Origin: Phoronis australis
Taxonomy: Eukaryota; Animalia; Phoronida
Length of the DNA stretch: 64,000 nt
Direction: 5' to 3'
Assembly (NCBI GenBank): GCA_002633005.1
Contig: NMRA01000082.1
Location: forward strand, 954,133-1,018,132
The notes under the pieces were generated by a model that had not been told where the DNA came from, searched no databases, and worked only from the letters and a program-made list of their open reading frames with translations. This document shows, in pieces, positions 62,601-64,000 of this stretch. Both the position numbers and the translations under genes were made by a program. Within the stretch, counting starts at the first letter, position 1, and every line of letters starts with the position of its first letter.

Positions 62601-63623
62601 CTAAAGGTCCGCGTGGAACTGAGGGGCCAAAGGGTCCACCTGGCCCTCCTGGAGAGAATGGGCCGGTAGGGTTCGCTGGGCCTAAGGGCAGCCGAGGTCC
62701 TCCTGGAAGCGTGGGGGGTGCTGGTGTGAAAGGTGTCAAAGGCGCACGAGGTAAGTTGGCCGGGGTTTGGTCGTTTTCTTTTTATATTTTGATTCACACA
62801 CATGGTATTTACCCGTTGCTGTACATGTTGTGTTAATCCTGGTAAAATCAAAGTCACTCACAATACACTTCCTGGCAGTCAAAAATTGATCTTTCATATT
62901 TGGCAACATCGTGTTATTTTATTGTGATTCACTCAAAATGCCTCAAACAATGTGTTGACTTTAAAAATTCATCAAAGGTAAGGTGTTAGTTGCATTTTGT
63001 TTTTAATTGTGAGCATACCTTGATATAGTTAATCATATGAGATGCTCGTTTGAGAAGTCCAGACATTGGTTATCTCAAAATTGAGATGATTCTACAAACG
63101 GTAGGTCTCAAAATAACTAGAAAAATGTTGACAGAATTCTGTCGGACTCTGCCAAACTTTGGTAGACAGTTAAGTTGAACTTATGTTGTAGCAAAAGATC
63201 ATTTTTGTTGATTTTTAGTCAGTCTCATGTATGCAGTTATAGTGCCTCTCTACTAATTATTTATTTAATATGTAATGTACTTGCGCAGTTGATTATTGTG
63301 ATTTTGAAAAAGTGCATGAAGCAAGAACACCTATTAAGATTCTGTCAAGGTTTAAACAGGATTGAAGTAAGTTTTAGTTGAAAAGAATTGGATTTGGATG
63401 TTTAGTTAAATTTGATAACTGATGCCTGCCGTTAAATTAGGAGTTTCTTTTTCAGGACCACCAGGGAAGGCTGGTCCAATGGGCCCTAAAGGGGTCCAAG
63501 GCCCTGTTGGAGACAGGGGTCCAAAGGGTGACCCTGGAGCCAAGGGCAACAAGGGAGAAATGGGAGTAAGGGGTCCAACAGGACCAAAGGGTGCCAGAGG
63601 TCCCATGGGGTCAGGGCTGGTTG
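15288..63623 (+). CDS. Giant secreted protein: signal peptide + 16 tandem unnamed ~155-aa domains with Thr/Pro linkers + collagen triple helix; 3'-incomplete (at least 3105 aa, 50 exons in window)
   Basis: Exons 15288-15566,17025-17244,17599-17691,19032-19183,20262-20339,22715-22940,23089-23169,23915-24144,25210-25450,25875-25979,26400-26629,26976-27210,27664-27896,28300-28534,29423-29536,30671-30903,31912-32146,32713-32814,34044-34276,34972-35206,35712-35798,36640-36872,37564-37798,38403-38501,39372-39604,40096-40330,41648-41752,42327-42559,43235-43469,44052-44156,45173-45405,46019-46253,46754-46852,47140-47372,48577-48811,49332-49421,49727-49959,51058-51292,51780-51863,52141-52370,53519-53753,55237-55344,56737-56969,57679-57913,58150-58215,58743-58972,60049-60274,61185-61276,62525-62750,63456-63623. 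All GT-AG, phases consistent, total 9316 nt, no stop seen; the last exon ends in a phase-1 donor. Confidence 0.88.
15665..15855. repeat. Degenerate ~20-bp minisatellite (tgtttgaactctctgagyca-like)
   Basis: About 9 imperfect tandem units in intron 1. Confidence 0.7.
17720..18220. mobile_element. ~500-bp hAT-like MITE, copy 1
   Basis: TIRs CAAGGCTTGGAATT / AATTCCAAGCCCTG; flanks atatat/atttat; close paralog at 59270-59774. Confidence 0.85.
18262..18688. mobile_element. Putative MITE with imperfect terminal inverted repeats
   Basis: caggctatccggacgat...gccacat versus atgtgaggc...ttgtccgactagcctg. Confidence 0.45.
19032..23169 (+). CDS. Repeat domain 2 + linker (19032-19183, 20262-20339, 22715-22940, 23089-23169)
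   Basis: [13 protein letters not shown]...VVLQ|[15 protein letters not shown]...|[18 protein letters not shown]...ISLGVAV; linker ends WKPPAG. Confidence 0.88.
20783..22532. mobile_element. ~1.75-kb non-autonomous hAT-like element
   Basis: Perfect 11-bp TIR CAGGGATATAC/GTATATCCCTG; flanks GGAAGT/GGAAGG; repeated subterminal CTCGCC/GGCGAG motifs at both ends. Confidence 0.75.
20971..22075. mobile_element. Nested pogo/Tc-like MITE inside the 20783-22532 element
   Basis: TACCGTATTCGCTCTAATAAGCCC at the left end; GGGCGCTTATTAGGACGAAT (degenerate inverted copy) at the right end. Confidence 0.5.
23915..25979 (+). CDS. Repeat domain 3 + linker (23915-24144, 25210-25450, 25875-25979)
   Basis: [13 protein letters not shown]...VQLWQR...|[19 protein letters not shown]...FSIGIAIV; linker ends WSPPTG. 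Confidence 0.9.
26400..27210 (+). CDS. Repeat domain 4, no linker exon (26400-26629, 26976-27210)
   Basis: [13 protein letters not shown]...FQIWTP...|[18 protein letters not shown]...YSVGVAIRP. Confidence 0.9.
27664..29536 (+). CDS. Repeat domain 5 + linker (27664-27896, 28300-28534, 29423-29536)
   Basis: [13 protein letters not shown]...LQIWLP...|[18 protein letters not shown]...YSVGLTIHP; linker ends WTAPSG. Confidence 0.9.
30671..32814 (+). CDS. Repeat domain 6 + linker (30671-30903, 31912-32146, 32713-32814)
   Basis: [13 protein letters not shown]...[13 protein letters not shown]...IQLWRW...GEQR|[28 protein letters not shown]...YSIGVAVDT; linker ends WNPPTG. Confidence 0.92.
32985..33435. 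repeat. ~233-bp tandem duplication inside an intron
   Basis: gattaggtatacct...gtggatttcagt occurs at ~32985 and ~33218; the paralogous intron at ~35829 has one copy. Confidence 0.85.
34044..35798 (+). CDS. Repeat domain 7 + linker (34044-34276, 34972-35206, 35712-35798)
   Basis: Near-identical to domains 6 and 8; 233/235-nt exons. Confidence 0.92.
36640..38501 (+). CDS. Repeat domain 8 + linker (36640-36872, 37564-37798, 38403-38501)
   Basis: Near-identical to domain 7, including homologous introns. Confidence 0.92.
39372..41752 (+). CDS. Repeat domain 9 + linker (39372-39604, 40096-40330, 41648-41752)
   Basis: [13 protein letters not shown]...[13 protein letters not shown]...[15 protein letters not shown]; [18 protein letters not shown]. 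Confidence 0.92.
39681..39897. repeat. CACATGTACCC-based low-complexity minisatellite
   Basis: ~50-bp higher-order units built from catgtaccc/cacatgt; source of the HMYPP ORF. Confidence 0.85.
42327..44156 (+). CDS. Repeat domain 10 + linker (42327-42559, 43235-43469, 44052-44156)
   Basis: Same A/B/linker exon pattern and phases; linker ends WTPPAG. Confidence 0.92.
44875..45027. repeat. ~150-bp imperfect palindrome (hairpin-type MITE)
   Basis: tacacacaatacgtacagagagtggcgttcatgaaataatatccca pairs with tgggatattacttcatgtacgccactctcggtacgttttgtgta; inner acattattc/gaataatgt and cgtatcg/cgatacg arms. Confidence 0.8.
45173..46852 (+). CDS. Repeat domain 11 + linker (45173-45405, 46019-46253, 46754-46852)
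   Basis: A exon of the domain-9 type; linker ends WSPPSG. Confidence 0.92.
47140..49421 (+). CDS. Repeat domain 12 + linker (47140-47372, 48577-48811, 49332-49421)
   Basis: Same pattern; B exon closest to domains 6-8. Confidence 0.92.
47483..47733. mobile_element. ~250-bp MITE with (C)AGGGCTTGGAATT-type TIRs; relatives at 50145-50391 and truncated at ~27403-27560
   Basis: Shared ggaattttcctcttttaagagga...acatcacctggaaaattt(t)cctcttt...attggtc..tccaagc.ctg. Confidence 0.7.
48155..48424. repeat. 29-bp minisatellite, ~9 copies (TTGGATATTAAATAATCTTTGACCCAAAG)
   Basis: Contiguous near-identical units with no spacers. Confidence 0.95.
49727..51863 (+). CDS. Repeat domain 13 + linker (49727-49959, 51058-51292, 51780-51863)
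   Basis: Same pattern; linker ends WNPPSG. Confidence 0.92.
50145..50391. mobile_element. ~250-bp MITE, same family as 47483-47733
   Basis: Colinear similarity and the same TIR type. Confidence 0.7.
52141..55344 (+). CDS. Repeat domain 14 + linker (52141-52370, 53519-53753, 55237-55344)
   Basis: B exon is absent from the ORF track and was translated by hand: [28 protein letters not shown]...YSIGVAVDT. Confidence 0.92.
56737..58215 (+). CDS. Repeat domain 15 + short linker (56737-56969, 57679-57913, 58150-58215)
   Basis: Same pattern; the linker [21 protein letters not shown] lacks the WxPPxG motif. Confidence 0.9.
58743..60274 (+). CDS. Repeat domain 16, divergent (58743-58972, 60049-60274)
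   Basis: [13 protein letters not shown]...[20 protein letters not shown]...|[18 protein letters not shown]...HSLQYSIYT. Confidence 0.9.
59270..59774. mobile_element. ~500-bp hAT-like MITE, copy 2
   Basis: Same family as 17720-18220; perfect 6-bp flanking duplication ATTATT. Confidence 0.85.
61185..63623 (+). CDS. Collagen triple-helix exons (61185-61276, 62525-62750, 63456-63623): 50 contiguous Gly-X-Y triplets
   Basis: 8+25+17 triplets (GPR GPP GKR...GAR|GPP GKA...GPM) then GSGLV. The phase-1 acceptor at 61185 fits the domain-16 donor. Confidence 0.92.
61638..62008. mobile_element. PIF/Harbinger-like MITE
   Basis: TIRs TGCCCAGTTGCGTGAAATAGTC / GACTGTTTCATGCAACCGGGCA flanked by a 3-bp CAG/CAG duplication. 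Confidence 0.7.
62150..62310. repeat. ~38-bp degenerate tandem repeat (gtgtgaatgtatcagggaacctcattggttttatgggg)
   Basis: Two good and about two degenerate units. Confidence 0.7.
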
Positions 63624-64000
63624 GTGAGTATACTCTTATCGTTCTGTTGACTGATGTATTTTACTCACAGCACTTCAATAGCTCACTTGCGAGTTTCTCG
63701 CTAGTCACTGTGACGTCACCGGAAAGGGGGCAAAACCCGCCATATTGCTCTTGTTTTGCCCCGAGTCTTTGGAGGCACAGAACAGTTCTCACTGGGTTTT
63801 GCCTTGCAAAACACACATCACTTGATTTGTAACCTTTTCTTCACTCTGTCAAAAACAGGATGCAAAGAATGGCATGTTTTCAATTATTTCACATAAAAAG
63901 CCCAGCAGATGAGCACAGAAACTTTATTCTTTCTTGTATTTTTGACCATTTCATTCCCACTGAAAACCAAGCTAGACTAAGAAAAATAAGGGCAAAAAAA

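Noticed and set aside
63406-63606. Minus-strand Gly/Pro-rich ORFs (also 61096-61287, 62519-62857)
   Set aside because: These are antisense shadows of the plus-strand collagen exons.

Overview
AT-rich, intron-rich animal genomic DNA, probably a marine invertebrate; the taxon cannot be fixed from sequence alone. It holds two head-to-head genes. (1) Minus strand 6781-10888: a complete 6-exon NDUFS7/PSST (complex I 20-kDa subunit, 230 aa). All four N2 Fe-S cysteines are kept, but several normally conserved quinone-pocket residues are substituted. Its 3' end appears three times at 1-7694 around two single-N gaps, most likely a contig overlap plus an uncollapsed haplotype. (2) Plus strand 15288 to beyond the window end: a very large secreted-protein gene assembled by hand into 50 GT-AG coding exons with consistent phases (9316 nt, at least 3105 aa). 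It encodes a signal peptide, 16 tandem copies of an unnamed ~150-155 aa beta-rich domain (each an A exon plus a B exon), Thr/Pro-rich linker exons mostly ending W-x-P-P-x-G, and 50 uninterrupted, strongly basic Gly-X-Y collagen triplets. The repeat array shows recent tandem duplication, exon-limited homogenisation, one extra intron, one missing linker and phase symmetry that would permit combinatorial splicing. Introns carry hAT-like, Harbinger-like and pogo/Tc-like MITEs, palindromes and minisatellites. All coordinates were read manually and no database searches were run.
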